From positions 1 through 56,858 of the forward strand of contig JAHJHG010000005.1 in the NCBI GenBank assembly GCA_018823885.1: a stretch of 56,858 nucleotides of DNA, in the 5' to 3' direction. The notes beneath the pieces were generated by a model that saw only the letters and a list, made by a program, of their open reading frames with translations, did not search any database and was not told where the DNA came from. This stretch comes from Patescibacteria group bacterium. GTDB lineage: Bacteria > Patescibacteriota > Microgenomatia > UBA8517. Below, piece after piece: positions 14,507-24,651 of this stretch. A program made the translations under genes and the position numbers. The stretch's first letter is position 1, and the number at the start of each line of letters is the position of its first letter.

Positions 14507-15574
14507 ATGAATCAGAGAATACCTTTAGGTTTAAGCTACGACGACGTTTTACTTGTTCCTCAGCATTCTCATATTAACAGCCGCTCCGAAGTAAGCATCG
14601 ATACTCAAATTACGCCAAGAGTAAAGATAAAGCTCCCCCTGATAAGCATCAATATGACTGACGTAACAGGTCCCGAAATGGCCATTGCTCTCGGAAAATT
14701 AGGTGCCTTAGGTTTTTTGCATCGATTTACATCTCCTGAAAAACAAGCCGACATGGTTTTAAAAGTAAAAAAGCAAAAAGTATTAGTTGGTGCTGCAGTA
14801 GGTGTTAGAAATGGTCATTTGGCACGCTCCGAAAAATTAGTAAATGCAGGAGTGGATATTTTGACCATTGATGTTGCCCATGGAGCAATGCAAAAAACAA
14901 TAGACACAACAAAAGAGCTTAAGAGAAAATTTGGAGATAAAGTAGATATTGTCTCTGGAGTTGTTGCAACCTATGAGGGAGCAGTAGATCTCTTCAAGGC
15001 CGGTGCTGATTCCGTAAGAGTCGGCGTGGGACCAGGAACAATCTGTACGACAAGAATAACAACCGGCGTTGGCGTACCCCAAATCACGGCCGTTATGGAA
15101 GCAGCTAGGGCTGCCAGAAAATATAAAAAAACCATTCTCTGTGACGGAGGTACAAAAAACTCTGGAGATATTGTTAAGGGGTTAGCCGCCGGTGCGTCTG
15201 CTGCAGTTATTGGAAGTCAATTTGCCGGCACCGATGAAGCTCCCGGAAGAATCCTTGTGCGGTGTAATAAGAAATATAAGGCCTACAATGCCTCAACATC
15301 ACTAGTAGAAAAAAGAAATCATGTCAAAACTCTCAAAAATACTAGTGAAAATTATTTAAGCCATATTGAAGGCGTTAAGGCCACTGTTCCATATAAAGGC
15401 GCTGTGTCAAGGGTTATATCAATAATGGAAGCGAACATTAAATCAGGTTTTAGCTATTGCGGAGCAAAAGATCTAGAAACGCTGTGGAAAAATGCTCAAT
15501 TTATCCGCATAAGCCAACTCGGGGTAAGAGAAAGTGGCGCGCATGATGTTATAGTTGAAAAAGAGAAAATTTAA
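14507..15574 (+). CDS. guaB: IMP dehydrogenase / GMP reductase family protein, CBS-less
   Basis: LSYDDVLLVP, IDVAHG, GVGPGTICTTR (catalytic Cys), DGG, EGV..VPYKG. IMPDH versus GMP reductase is unresolved. Confidence 0.8.
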   Translation: MNQRIPLGLSYDDVLLVPQHSHINSRSEVSIDTQITPRVKIKLPLISINMTDVTGPEMAIALGKLGALGFLHRFTSPEKQADMVLKVKKQKVLVGAAVGVRNGHLARSEKLVNAGVDILTIDVAHGAMQKTIDTTKELKRKFGDKVDIVSGVVATYEGAVDLFKAGADSVRVGVGPGTICTTRITTGVGVPQITAVMEAARAARKYKKTILCDGGTKNSGDIVKGLAAGASAAVIGSQFAGTDEAPGRILVRCNKKYKAYNASTSLVEKRNHVKTLKNTSENYLSHIEGVKATVPYKGAVSRVISIMEANIKSGFSYCGAKDLETLWKNAQFIRISQLGVRESGAHDVIVEKEKI

Positions 15575-15593
15575 GATCCTGTATTTTGCCCCC

Positions 15594-15623
15594 TTGAAAA
15601 TATCAAGTTAAGGTACATATAAT
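15594..15623 (+). promoter_or_regulatory. Promoter of lepB (TTGAAA-N18-TATAAT), probably leaderless transcript
   Basis: -10 at 15618-15623 lies 7 nt before the ATG; no SD. Confidence 0.6.
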
Positions 15624-15630
15624 TAATACT

Positions 15631-16188
15631 ATGTTAAGGCGTCTCAGCGCATTTTTTTTGGACATAATTCAAGTAGTTGTGTTTGCAGTTGCTATCTTTC
15701 TTTTCATATATTTGCTCGTTTTACAACCACATAAAATTAAGGGAGATTCTATGCAACCTAATTTCCCAGACGGTGAATATCTCCTCACTGACAAAGTAAC
15801 ATATCGTCTTGAAGAACCAAAAAGAGGAGATGTGATTGTTTTTAAAGCTCCCACCGGAAATGGTGATGAGTTTATTAAAAGAATAATAGGACTACCTGGA
15901 GAAACGGTTTCAATTTCAAACGGCAAGATATATATAAATGGCGAAATATTAAAAGAGTCCTATTTATCAGATAAAATCTATACATCCAGCGCTTCTTTTT
16001 TAAGCGAAGGAAAAGAAGTGTCAGTACCCAAAGAGTCTTACTTAGTTTTCGGTGACAACAGACCACGTTCTTCCGACTCTAGAGTTTTTGGGTTTATTAC
16101 TAAAGAAGATATTACTGGACGCGCTTGGTTAGTTTACTGGCCCATTCAAAGTGCAGGAATCGTTCAAAAGATTGATTACAATTATTAA
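15631..16188 (+). CDS. lepB: Signal peptidase I
   Basis: GDSMQP (catalytic Ser), FIKRIIGLPGE (catalytic Lys), GDNRPRSSDSR. Confidence 0.96.
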   Translation: MLRRLSAFFLDIIQVVVFAVAIFLFIYLLVLQPHKIKGDSMQPNFPDGEYLLTDKVTYRLEEPKRGDVIVFKAPTGNGDEFIKRIIGLPGETVSISNGKIYINGEILKESYLSDKIYTSSASFLSEGKEVSVPKESYLVFGDNRPRSSDSRVFGFITKEDITGRAWLVYWPIQSAGIVQKIDYNY

Positions 16189-16191
16189 ACT

Positions 16192-17037
16192 TTACTTCGT
16201 AACCGATTTGAATACTTTCTGAAGTTTGTTTTCTGTTTCCTCTAGGCTCCCTTTAAAGGTGAATGTAATTTTTGTCTCGCGTCTTGATCGAATCAATTTC
16301 ACTTTAGTTGTATTATTGGTTTCTTCATTTTTCCCATCACTAAATGCTTCTTGCATTTCCTCCTGCATTTTATCCAACTCCTCCGAAACTACTCTTAGTT
16401 GGTCTTTCCTTGTTCCTCTTTTCTCTTTTTGGCCGGATTGAGCCTTCATTCTTCTTGCCAATTCCTCAGCTCTACGCACAGAACCGGACTCTCGTAAAAT
16501 TATTTTGTAAGCCTCAACCATTAGGCTTTGATCATCAATTGCAGCTAACGCTCTAGCATGTCCTTCAGTTATCAATCCCGACAACAGCCCATCTTTTAGT
16601 GCATCGGGAAGACCCAGAAGCCTTAAGGAGTTTGAAACATAAGCAACAGACTTTCCAATTCTTACAGCAATTTCTGAAGTGGTAAGACCAAATTCATTTT
16701 GAAGCCTTTCAAAACCTTTACCTCTGTCTAGTGCATTAAGATCAACTCTTTGAACGTTTTCAACCAAAGCCATTTCAAGCATTCCTTTTGGTGTAGTTTC
16801 CCTTACAATCGACGGGACATGCGTTAAACCGGCCAGTTTCGAAGCCCTCCATCGCCTTTCACCTGCAATTATTTGGAACCCTGCAGGTGTTTTGGCTACC
16901 ACAAGTGGCTCAAGAATTCCATGCTCTTTTATTGAATCGACTAGGTCCACCAAGCTTTCGGGGGTTATTGAACCCCTAGGTTGAAGCGGGTTAGCTTGCA
17001 ACTGAACTATATCAATTTGAATTATTTCTTCAGCCAT
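16192..17037 (-). CDS. parB: ParB/Spo0J chromosome partitioning protein
   Basis: NPLQPR, GILEPL, IIAGERRWRA (CTPase motif), ENVQR.DL, HTH, GHARAL. Confidence 0.95.
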   Translation of the reverse strand: MAEEIIQIDIVQLQANPLQPRGSITPESLVDLVDSIKEHGILEPLVVAKTPAGFQIIAGERRWRASKLAGLTHVPSIVRETTPKGMLEMALVENVQRVDLNALDRGKGFERLQNEFGLTTSEIAVRIGKSVAYVSNSLRLLGLPDALKDGLLSGLITEGHARALAAIDDQSLMVEAYKIILRESGSVRRAEELARRMKAQSGQKEKRGTRKDQLRVVSEELDKMQEEMQEAFSDGKNEETNNTTKVKLIRSRRETKITFTFKGSLEETENKLQKVFKSVTK

Positions 17038-17282
17038 TAGACTATTGAAATCTTCTTTTTCCCTAACTTTTGACCAAATTCAACCATTCCGTCTTTCAAG
17101 GCAAAAAGTGTGTGATCCCTTCCCAGCCCTACTCCAGTTCCTGCATGAAATTTCGTTCCTCTTTGTCGCATTAATACCATTCCTGTTGTTACGGTCTGAC
17201 CATGGGCCACTTTCACTCCAAGTCTTTTTCCAGTGGGTCTTTTGTGTTGTGCTGTTTTACCGCCTTGCTTCTTGTGAGCCAT
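17037..17282 (-). CDS. rpmA: 50S ribosomal protein L27
   Basis: [32 protein letters not shown]. Confidence 0.98.
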   Translation of the reverse strand: MAHKKQGGKTAQHKRPTGKRLGVKVAHGQTVTTGMVLMRQRGTKFHAGTGVGLGRDHTLFALKDGMVEFGQKLGKKKISIV

Positions 17283-17301
17283 TGTTTTAATCCTTTGAAA
17301 A

Positions 17302-17330
17302 ATTCTAATCTATATTTTCACGGCTGTCAA
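17302..17330 (-). promoter_or_regulatory. Promoter of rpmA-parB (TTGACA-N17-TAGAAT)
   Basis: -35 at 17325-17330, -10 at 17302-17307. Confidence 0.75.
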
Positions 17331-17370
17331 GAGATCAATAATATACAGATTGATATATTTTATATGTGTG

Positions 17371-17673
17371 TTAGGAGATCTTTTCAATTAAAAGTCTGGA
17401 ATATACGGGGCGGAAACCTATCTTCCTTCTATACCTTGATTTAGCCTTGAACGTTTGAACATAAAGTTTTTTTCCTTTTTCTTCTTCACTAATAATTTTT
17501 ATCTTTACCTTTGCATCTTTAACCTCAGGTTTGCCTATCTTTACACCCTTTTCGTCCACAACAAGCAAAATCCTCACATCGAGTTTATCTGTTCCTAGCT
17601 TATCCACCAATATCTCATCTCCTTCGGAGACTCTGTATTGTTGACCTTTTATTTTTACAACTGCGTATTTCAT
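17371..17673 (-). CDS. rplU: 50S ribosomal protein L21
   Basis: YAVVKIKGQQYRVSEG, K.K.RYRRKIGFR. Confidence 0.97.
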   Translation of the reverse strand: MKYAVVKIKGQQYRVSEGDEILVDKLGTDKLDVRILLVVDEKGVKIGKPEVKDAKVKIKIISEEEKGKKLYVQTFKAKSRYRRKIGFRPVYSRLLIEKIS

Positions 17674-17715
17674 GAGTGTTTAACCTTGTTATTTTAACCC
17701 CCACGCAAGACAAAC

Positions 17716-18777
17716 TCAAGCCACACTTGGTTTCTGGCTCCCTAATGCTATCCCTAAACCTATCATTGTGGCTAGAAGTGATGATCCACCCGCAGAAACA
17801 AGAGGCAGAGGAACACCTGTAATAGGAAGTAAACCTAGATTCATTCCTATATGAATTAGTGTCTCTATAAATAGTGTCAGAAAAAGCCCGGAGACAAACG
17901 CCCGTGCAGCAAAACTTCTTGCCGATTCGATTATTATTATTAAGCGCCAAAAAATGACGAACAAGCCTAAAATAACAATAGTCGCACCAATAAACCCTAG
18001 CTCCTCAGAAACAGCGGCAAAGATAAAGTCCGTATGTTTTTCGGGAAGAAATGCTAACTGCGTTTGAACTCCCTTTCCTAAACCTCTACCCGCAAGCATG
18101 CCAGAGCCCACAGACACCATAGATTGAATACTGTTGTAACCTGCTCCAAGAGGATCAGCGCTTGGATTAAGAAATGAAAAAACTCTTGATCGCTGGTAAG
18201 GAGCCAATAACTTCCACCCCAGAGGCATAGCAATAAAGACAATCGCTATACTCGTCAAAAGATATTTTCTATTTAAACCTGATGCCAAAACAACCCCGAT
18301 AAAACCTAACGTGGTTAAAACGGCTACGCCAAAAGATGGCGCAATAACAATTAAAAAGAGAGGAAGAGCAAACAAAAATAGCGCCTTGGCTAACCTTTTA
18401 ATATCCAAAGATTTTTCCGTTAAGTAGTTAGCAAAAAAAACTAACAAAAAAGGTCTGACTATTTCAGCCGGCTGAATACTCAAAGGTCCAATTGGTATCC
18501 ATCTTACTGCTCCCCTTGTGACCTGCCCTATTAACAACGGTAAGAGTAGTAAGATGATACTTCCCCAATATATATGTGTCGAAAATAGAGAAATAATTTC
18601 GAAATCAATTGCCAAGAATAGAAAAAATACCAAAATAGAAAGAACGAAATATAGATAATAAAGAGGGAAAATTGAAGGTGCAATGGATCGTAAAACGATA
18701 ACGCTTAATAGAAATAGTAAACTTATGCTGATAAAGAGAATGTAATCAATACTTACCTTTTTTGATATTTCTGGCAT
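17716..18777 (-). CDS. rodA: Rod shape-determining SEDS glycosyltransferase RodA
   Basis: GAVRWI..G..SIQPAE, YQRSR...FLNP..DPLGAGY...QS, FLPEKHTDFIF, GVPLPLVSAGGSS. Confidence 0.9.
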   Translation of the reverse strand: MPEISKKVSIDYILFISISLLFLLSVIVLRSIAPSIFPLYYLYFVLSILVFFLFLAIDFEIISLFSTHIYWGSIILLLLPLLIGQVTRGAVRWIPIGPLSIQPAEIVRPFLLVFFANYLTEKSLDIKRLAKALFLFALPLFLIVIAPSFGVAVLTTLGFIGVVLASGLNRKYLLTSIAIVFIAMPLGWKLLAPYQRSRVFSFLNPSADPLGAGYNSIQSMVSVGSGMLAGRGLGKGVQTQLAFLPEKHTDFIFAAVSEELGFIGATIVILGLFVIFWRLIIIIESARSFAARAFVSGLFLTLFIETLIHIGMNLGLLPITGVPLPLVSAGGSSLLATMIGLGIALGSQKPSVA

Positions 18778-18783
18778 TAATAT

Positions 18784-21684
18784 TTAAGAAGCTTTTGTAA
18801 CACTAAATTTACCCTCTTTTAAATCCGTTGCTAACGTTTTATTTTTAACTTTTTGTACAACTTCTTTACTCTTCGGTATCCAGGTGTTGGCAACAACAAT
18901 TTCTTGAGTAAGGTTCATGCCCAATTTCTTCCTTTCTCCTTGAATTTTTCGAATAAGTTCTCTTGCTTTCGCTTCTTCTTCTAACTCTTTGGTAACTTTT
19001 GTGTCTAGTTTAACTTTCAATTCCTCTCCCTCTGTTTTAGCCCAACTTATATTCTTTACATTTACTTCATCCTTCACGAGAGCCTCAAGCTCTGAAGATA
19101 ATTCGGGTATAGAAACCGTTAAAGAGTTTAGCGGTTGTCTTACAGGAATTTCCGCTTTCTTCCTTTCGGAATGAGCTTTTTCAGCAAGCTCCCTTGCCAC
19201 AATCATGTTGTTCATTAATTCCTTATCTATATTTTTATCTGAATCTGGCCAATCCTCAACATGCACTGATTCCTTCTTTGTTAAATTCATATATATAAAA
19301 TCTGCCAAGTAAGGAGTTAATGGAGCGATTAGTTTGGTTAATGCAACCAATACGAAATGTGTTGTTTGGTAAAACGCATCTTTATCTGTTTTTTCTCTTG
19401 CTGCAGGCCCAACTCTGTCTCTAGACCGTCTTATATACCAGTTTGAAAAATCATCTACAAATTCCTCTATCAAACCACTTGTTCGATAAGCATTATATTC
19501 ATCCAAATATTTTGTTACTCCATTTATTAACTCGTTTAATCGGGACAATATCCATCTATCAAGAACATTTAGATCTTTATTTGAGGTAGAATCACTTGGT
19601 GTCCAACCGTCTATATTTGCGTAAGTTACAAAAAAATTGTATACATTCCAAATCTTTAAATGAAATCTTCTTCTAGTTTCATCAGCAATCTTATGACCAA
19701 ACAATAAATTCTCCGATGGGTTCTGTCTCGCATACAACCAGCGCATAACGTCGACTCCAATTTTATCGGCACCCTCATTAAACTCAATCATGTTCCCTGA
19801 GCTTTTGTGCATTGATTGACCCTTTTCGTCCAAAAGTGTGGCAAAACCAAGAATTGTTTTAGTAGGTTCTTTATTCTCTAATACCGTACTCATGGCAATT
19901 AACGAATAAAACCAGTTCTTAAACTGTCCAGGGAAACTTTCTGTAATAAAGTCTGCCGGAAACCATTTTGCCCACTCTTTTTTATCCTGCCAGTATAAAG
20001 GCGTTTCTTTGTTATCTGCACTTATTGTCGAAAAAGAAACAATGCCTGCATCAAGCCATGGATTACCAACATCAGGAATACGAGTAGCTGTTTCGCCACA
20101 TTTCTCACATTTAATTTTCACTTCATCAATCCAAGGGCGGTGTGGAGTATTGCCTTCAAACTTCTCCCACCCTTCAATTGCCTTTTTCTTAAGCTCTTCT
20201 TTGCTACCAATCACATCAAAATGGCCACACTTATCACACTCCCAAATCGGAATTGCCAATCCCCAATAACGCTTCTTGGAAATTAACCAATCATGCATAT
20301 TGCTTAGCCAATCTAGTTCTCTCTTGAGGCCAAAAGAAGGAATCCATTGGATTTTCTTAGCAGCGCCCTTCATATTTTCTCTTACGGGGTCTATTTTTAT
20401 ATACCATTCATCAACAACTCTCCAAACAAGTTCTGTCTTACAACGCCAACAAGCTGGATATCTGTGTTTATATTTTTCTTTTTTAAACAAAAAAGACTGT
20501 TCTTCTAGATAATTAATAATTAATTCTGGATCATCCTTGGCATTTTTACCCGCAAACTCCCCTAGTTCGTCAAGATAATTAGCCTCCTCATCAATTACTT
20601 CTATTACTGGAAGACCCTCCTTTTTGCCAAGAGCAAAATCCTCAGACCCAGCCCCCGTTGCTATGTGTACCAATCCCGTCCCTTCATTTTCACCAACAGT
20701 TAATATACGATCGGCAGTAGCGACAACACGATGTTTCTCACCCGAAAGGGCCTTTTTAATCCTTGGTAAATTATCAAAGGCGGACTTGTAAGTTAAACCA
20801 ATCAGTTTTTCGCCCTTGACCTTTTCTAATATTTTCAAGCCTAACAGGCCGGCAGTTTTTTCAGACAAATAATATTTTTTGTCTGAATCTTGAGAACTCG
20901 CTAAAACATAAGTAAGTTTTGGATCAACCGCCACGGCCACGTTAGCTGGCAATGTCCAAGGAGTCGTTGTCCAAATAAGAAGATGTTCGTTTTCCTTTTG
21001 ATCTATTGGGTAAGCCACATAAAGCGCATCGTGCGTAAGGTCTTTGTAGTCTTCCGTTAACATCTCATGTTGAGAAATTGCTGTTCCGCAGCGAGGACAC
21101 CAAGGGACGGAATCCCTGCCTTTGTAAATAAGACCTTCGTCATGGCATTTTTTGAGAAAATGCCAAATCATGTAGTTATTGTTATCTGAAAGTGTGTAAT
21201 AGGAGTTATCCCAATCAACAATATATCCAAGTCTTTTAGACTGTTCTGTCTGTATATCAGCGTATTTGTATACGCGTTTTTTGCAAAGGTCAACAAACTT
21301 GGCCAGACTCCCTTTCATATCTCCCGGTATTAAATTCTCTATATCTTTTTTGCTTTTAAGACCTAGTTCTTTTTCTACTTCAACTTCCACCCATAAACCT
21401 TGACAATCAAAGCCATTTTGAAAACGCTGCTTAAAGCCCTGCATATTTTTGTATCTCTGCCAAATATCCTTGTAGGTTCTACCCCACGCATGGTGAACAC
21501 CCATGGGATTATTGGCGGTTATAGGGCCATCTAGGAACGAAAAGTATTTTTTTGAATTTTTGTTTTTCTGAAGATACTTCTTGATAATTCCTTTTTCATA
21601 CCATTCATCAAGTAATTCCCGCTCCATCACAGAAAAATCTGCTTTAATATTTACTTCATCAAAAAAAGGCCTGTCTTTAGCCAT
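18784..21684 (-). CDS. ileS: Isoleucine--tRNA ligase, type 2 (eukaryote-like)
   Basis: FLDGPITAN..GVHH, GFDCQGL, WTTTPWTLPAN, DWLISKKRYWG, SMHKS (KMSKS variant), NWYIRRSRDR. Confidence 0.97.
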   Translation of the reverse strand: MAKDRPFFDEVNIKADFSVMERELLDEWYEKGIIKKYLQKNKNSKKYFSFLDGPITANNPMGVHHAWGRTYKDIWQRYKNMQGFKQRFQNGFDCQGLWVEVEVEKELGLKSKKDIENLIPGDMKGSLAKFVDLCKKRVYKYADIQTEQSKRLGYIVDWDNSYYTLSDNNNYMIWHFLKKCHDEGLIYKGRDSVPWCPRCGTAISQHEMLTEDYKDLTHDALYVAYPIDQKENEHLLIWTTTPWTLPANVAVAVDPKLTYVLASSQDSDKKYYLSEKTAGLLGLKILEKVKGEKLIGLTYKSAFDNLPRIKKALSGEKHRVVATADRILTVGENEGTGLVHIATGAGSEDFALGKKEGLPVIEVIDEEANYLDELGEFAGKNAKDDPELIINYLEEQSFLFKKEKYKHRYPACWRCKTELVWRVVDEWYIKIDPVRENMKGAAKKIQWIPSFGLKRELDWLSNMHDWLISKKRYWGLAIPIWECDKCGHFDVIGSKEELKKKAIEGWEKFEGNTPHRPWIDEVKIKCEKCGETATRIPDVGNPWLDAGIVSFSTISADNKETPLYWQDKKEWAKWFPADFITESFPGQFKNWFYSLIAMSTVLENKEPTKTILGFATLLDEKGQSMHKSSGNMIEFNEGADKIGVDVMRWLYARQNPSENLLFGHKIADETRRRFHLKIWNVYNFFVTYANIDGWTPSDSTSNKDLNVLDRWILSRLNELINGVTKYLDEYNAYRTSGLIEEFVDDFSNWYIRRSRDRVGPAAREKTDKDAFYQTTHFVLVALTKLIAPLTPYLADFIYMNLTKKESVHVEDWPDSDKNIDKELMNNMIVARELAEKAHSERKKAEIPVRQPLNSLTVSIPELSSELEALVKDEVNVKNISWAKTEGEELKVKLDTKVTKELEEEAKARELIRKIQGERKKLGMNLTQEIVVANTWIPKSKEVVQKVKNKTLATDLKEGKFSVTKAS

Positions 21685-21744
21685 CTTGAAAGTATTTTAC
21701 AATAAATCCCTAGTAGTGTGCAGAAGGAGTTAGAATTGGAGAGA

Positions 21745-22113
21745 TTATATTTCTGCCTGTGGCGGCGGTGCTGGCGTAATTATATGTAATTTTTCCTCCA
21801 TCTCTCTTCTCTCCTGACTTTGTTGTGCTCGTCTTTTACTAATAGTTTCTACCGTTTCTGTATAATCAAATTTGTCGCCAGAAAGCCTCATCTCTACTAT
21901 TTGAGCTAAAGCTTCTATTTTCGAACTCGGTCGATTGTGAGGAGAAACACCTTCGGAAGCAAGTCTCCGATAGTATCCAAGAAGAGCTTCCAAAAGAAGC
22001 TCTCTTGCCTCTTCTGGAGTAAGTATTATGTGTTCTGTTTCAGGATCCCTAAAGACCTCTAAACGCTCGTCAAGCTTTGAGGGTCCTTGATCTCTTTCAA
22101 TATAAATATTCAT
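21745..22113 (-). CDS. Hypothetical protein
   Basis: 122 aa ORF 17 nt downstream of ftsZ; SD-like GGGGGTGA upstream. Confidence 0.7.
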   Translation of the reverse strand: MNIYIERDQGPSKLDERLEVFRDPETEHIILTPEEARELLLEALLGYYRRLASEGVSPHNRPSSKIEALAQIVEMRLSGDKFDYTETVETISKRRAQQSQERREMEEKLHIITPAPPPQAEI

Positions 22114-22130
22114 AAATAATCACCCCCGAT

Positions 22131-23306
22131 TTAATGTATCTTTCTTAAGAAAGCTGGTATTTCAAATTTCTCTCCAAAAACATCCTCTTCTTGTTCCTTT
22201 GTAGGTAAGTCTTCTTCTAGAGATGGTTCAAGAATTTCTTCTTCTTTCCCTTCGATATTTTCTTCGTCTGTAGGCAGTTGTTCCTCGCTTATTAACCCTT
22301 CACTAATTACATGTTCTGAGGGTTGTGCCATTTTAGCCAGACGAGCCCTTGCTTCGTCAAAACCTGTGGCAATAACAGTAATTTTTACCTGATCACTCAG
22401 ATCTTCTTTAATCACTGCACCAAATATTATATTTGCATCTGGGTCAGCCGCTGCTGCTATTACTCTTGCTGCTTCGTCTACCTCAAACATTGTAAGATCT
22501 GAGCCTCCAGCAATATTAAACAACACACCTCTTGCTCCATCTATTGAAAGATCCAGCAACGGGGATGATATAGCCGCTCTTGCCGCCATTTGGGCTCTGT
22601 TTTCTCCGACTCCAGTTCCAATCCCAAGTAAAGCGGTGCCAGCATCTCTCATAATTGTTTTAACATCTGCAAAGTCGACGTTAATTAATCCCGCCGTTGT
22701 AATTATGTCCGCAATTCCACCGACTGCTTGTCCCAATACCGAATCGGCAACTTTGAATGCTTCAACCAAAGTCATTTTTTTATCTATCACATCCATTAAT
22801 CTTTGATTAGGAATAACAATCAAAGTGTCTACTTCCTCTCTGAACTTTTCGATTCCATCTTCTGCTACAACCATCCTCCTGGTACCTTCGAATGCAAATG
22901 GCTTCGTCACGACACCAACAGTAAGAGCCCCTGTTTCTTTTGCCAATCTAGCGATGATAGGAGAAGCCCCTGTTCCTGTGCCTCCGCCCATTCCAGAAGT
23001 TAGAAAAACCATATCTGAATCAACCAACAGTTCTTTTATTTTTTCGACAGACTCCTCAGCAGCCTGACAACCAACCTCCGGATTGCCTCCAACTCCCAAT
23101 CCTTTAGTGAGTTTTTCTCCAATTTGAAGTTTTGTCGGAGCTTTATTAGCCAAAAGAACCTGTGCATCCGTATTAACCGCAATGAATTCAACGCCATTGA
23201 TGTTTTCAGAATCTATCATGGAAGAGACAGCGTTTCCTCCTCCTCCGCCAACACCAATTACTTTTATTTTTGCTATCCTTGCTGAATCAGGTTTTACTAA
23301 TGCCAT
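22131..23306 (-). CDS. ftsZ: Cell division protein FtsZ
   Basis: [26 protein letters not shown] tubulin signature, acidic linker, C-terminal EIPAFLRK. Confidence 0.99.
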   Translation of the reverse strand: MALVKPDSARIAKIKVIGVGGGGGNAVSSMIDSENINGVEFIAVNTDAQVLLANKAPTKLQIGEKLTKGLGVGGNPEVGCQAAEESVEKIKELLVDSDMVFLTSGMGGGTGTGASPIIARLAKETGALTVGVVTKPFAFEGTRRMVVAEDGIEKFREEVDTLIVIPNQRLMDVIDKKMTLVEAFKVADSVLGQAVGGIADIITTAGLINVDFADVKTIMRDAGTALLGIGTGVGENRAQMAARAAISSPLLDLSIDGARGVLFNIAGGSDLTMFEVDEAARVIAAAADPDANIIFGAVIKEDLSDQVKITVIATGFDEARARLAKMAQPSEHVISEGLISEEQLPTDEENIEGKEEEILEPSLEEDLPTKEQEEDVFGEKFEIPAFLRKIH

Positions 23307-23358
23307 TTGTATGCGTGATTTTACTAGGAGCAGAGAAAAATTACAAGTTATCTATTTT

Positions 23359-24636
23359 TTAGGGCAGAAGATCGCGTATTGAATCCACCAATTTCCCTAC
23401 AAACCCTCCCGACGGAAATTTAATTCTTTTGGCCAAACTTGTCAAACGCTCATTCGGTTCCTGTTGTGTACCAAACAAAATCAATCCGATAGGCACCGCA
23501 AACGCTGGATTTATAACATCATCAATCAAACCGCCAACTCCTTTAGGTACCCCTATTCTTACCGGTAAAGACATCATTCTTTTAGCCGAATCGGTTATGC
23601 CGACAGTTTCTGCTCCACCACCCGTGATTATTGCACCAGCCGGAATTTTATTAATTAGATTTGCTCTTTCAAGTTCTAGTCTAATCATCGTAAATATTTC
23701 ATTCAATCTTGGTCTAATTATTCCTTCAACCAAGGTTTTTTTCGAAACTTTCTTGATTTCATCAACCCCTAGGGTTCTCAATTCCAACTGATCGCTTTCA
23801 CCTGCAGTTTTAATCTTGTTTTTCTTTTTTGCATCCTCTGAGAGAGCAACTTTTATTTTTTCAGCAGACTCTAAGGAAACTCGTAGACCAATAGCAAGGT
23901 CGTTTGTCACGTTTCTTGCACCAATAGGAATCACTCCCGAATAAGAGAGCGCGCCATCAATATATGCGGCAACAGAAGTTGTCCCCCCTCCTATATCAAC
24001 AAGAACACAGCCTAATTCTTTTTCTGTTTTGGTAAGAACAGATACTGAAGCAGCCAGCCCTGAAAAAACTAAATCTTCAATATTTACACCTACTTCATTC
24101 ACGGCTTTTTTGAGGTTTTTAATTGCTGCCGAAGATGCAGTAACAATATGTGTATCAACTTCCAATCTTACACCACTCATTCCAGCCGGATCTTTCACTC
24201 CTGATTCTCCATCAACAGCAAATTCTCGAGGAAGAACATGTATTAACTCTCGCGACGAGGGAAGGGAAATTGCGGATGCAGCTTCTATTGCTCGCTCCAC
24301 ATCATCGGGTGCTACTTCCCCACTGGGATCAGAAACGGCAACAACTCCATGAGAATTTTGTGAAGTAACATGAGCTCCACCTAAGGCGATATAGGCGTTA
24401 TCTAAATTATAGCCGGCCATTCTTTCCGCTGCTTCAACTGAAGCAATAGTTGCCTCAACCGCCTCTTCTATATCTACTATTTGACCTTTCTTAACACCTT
24501 TAGATTCAACTGAAGCAACTCCCACTATATTAATCGAGGTCGTAAAGCTTACTGGATCTACTTGAACTTGAGCAATAAGCGTTACTACCTTGGATGAGCC
24601 TAATTCTATCCCTGCTACTATTCGTGTTTTAGCCAT
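23359..24636 (-). CDS. ftsA: Cell division protein FtsA
   Basis: GIELGSSKV, GVKKG.IVDIE, GMSGVRLE, DIGGGTT, VTNDLAIGL, ITGGGA. Confidence 0.97.
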   Translation of the reverse strand: MAKTRIVAGIELGSSKVVTLIAQVQVDPVSFTTSINIVGVASVESKGVKKGQIVDIEEAVEATIASVEAAERMAGYNLDNAYIALGGAHVTSQNSHGVVAVSDPSGEVAPDDVERAIEAASAISLPSSRELIHVLPREFAVDGESGVKDPAGMSGVRLEVDTHIVTASSAAIKNLKKAVNEVGVNIEDLVFSGLAASVSVLTKTEKELGCVLVDIGGGTTSVAAYIDGALSYSGVIPIGARNVTNDLAIGLRVSLESAEKIKVALSEDAKKKNKIKTAGESDQLELRTLGVDEIKKVSKKTLVEGIIRPRLNEIFTMIRLELERANLINKIPAGAIITGGGAETVGITDSAKRMMSLPVRIGVPKGVGGLIDDVINPAFAVPIGLILFGTQQEPNERLTSLAKRIKFPSGGFVGKLVDSIRDLLP

Positions 24637-24651
24637 ATTATAAAAAGGGGC

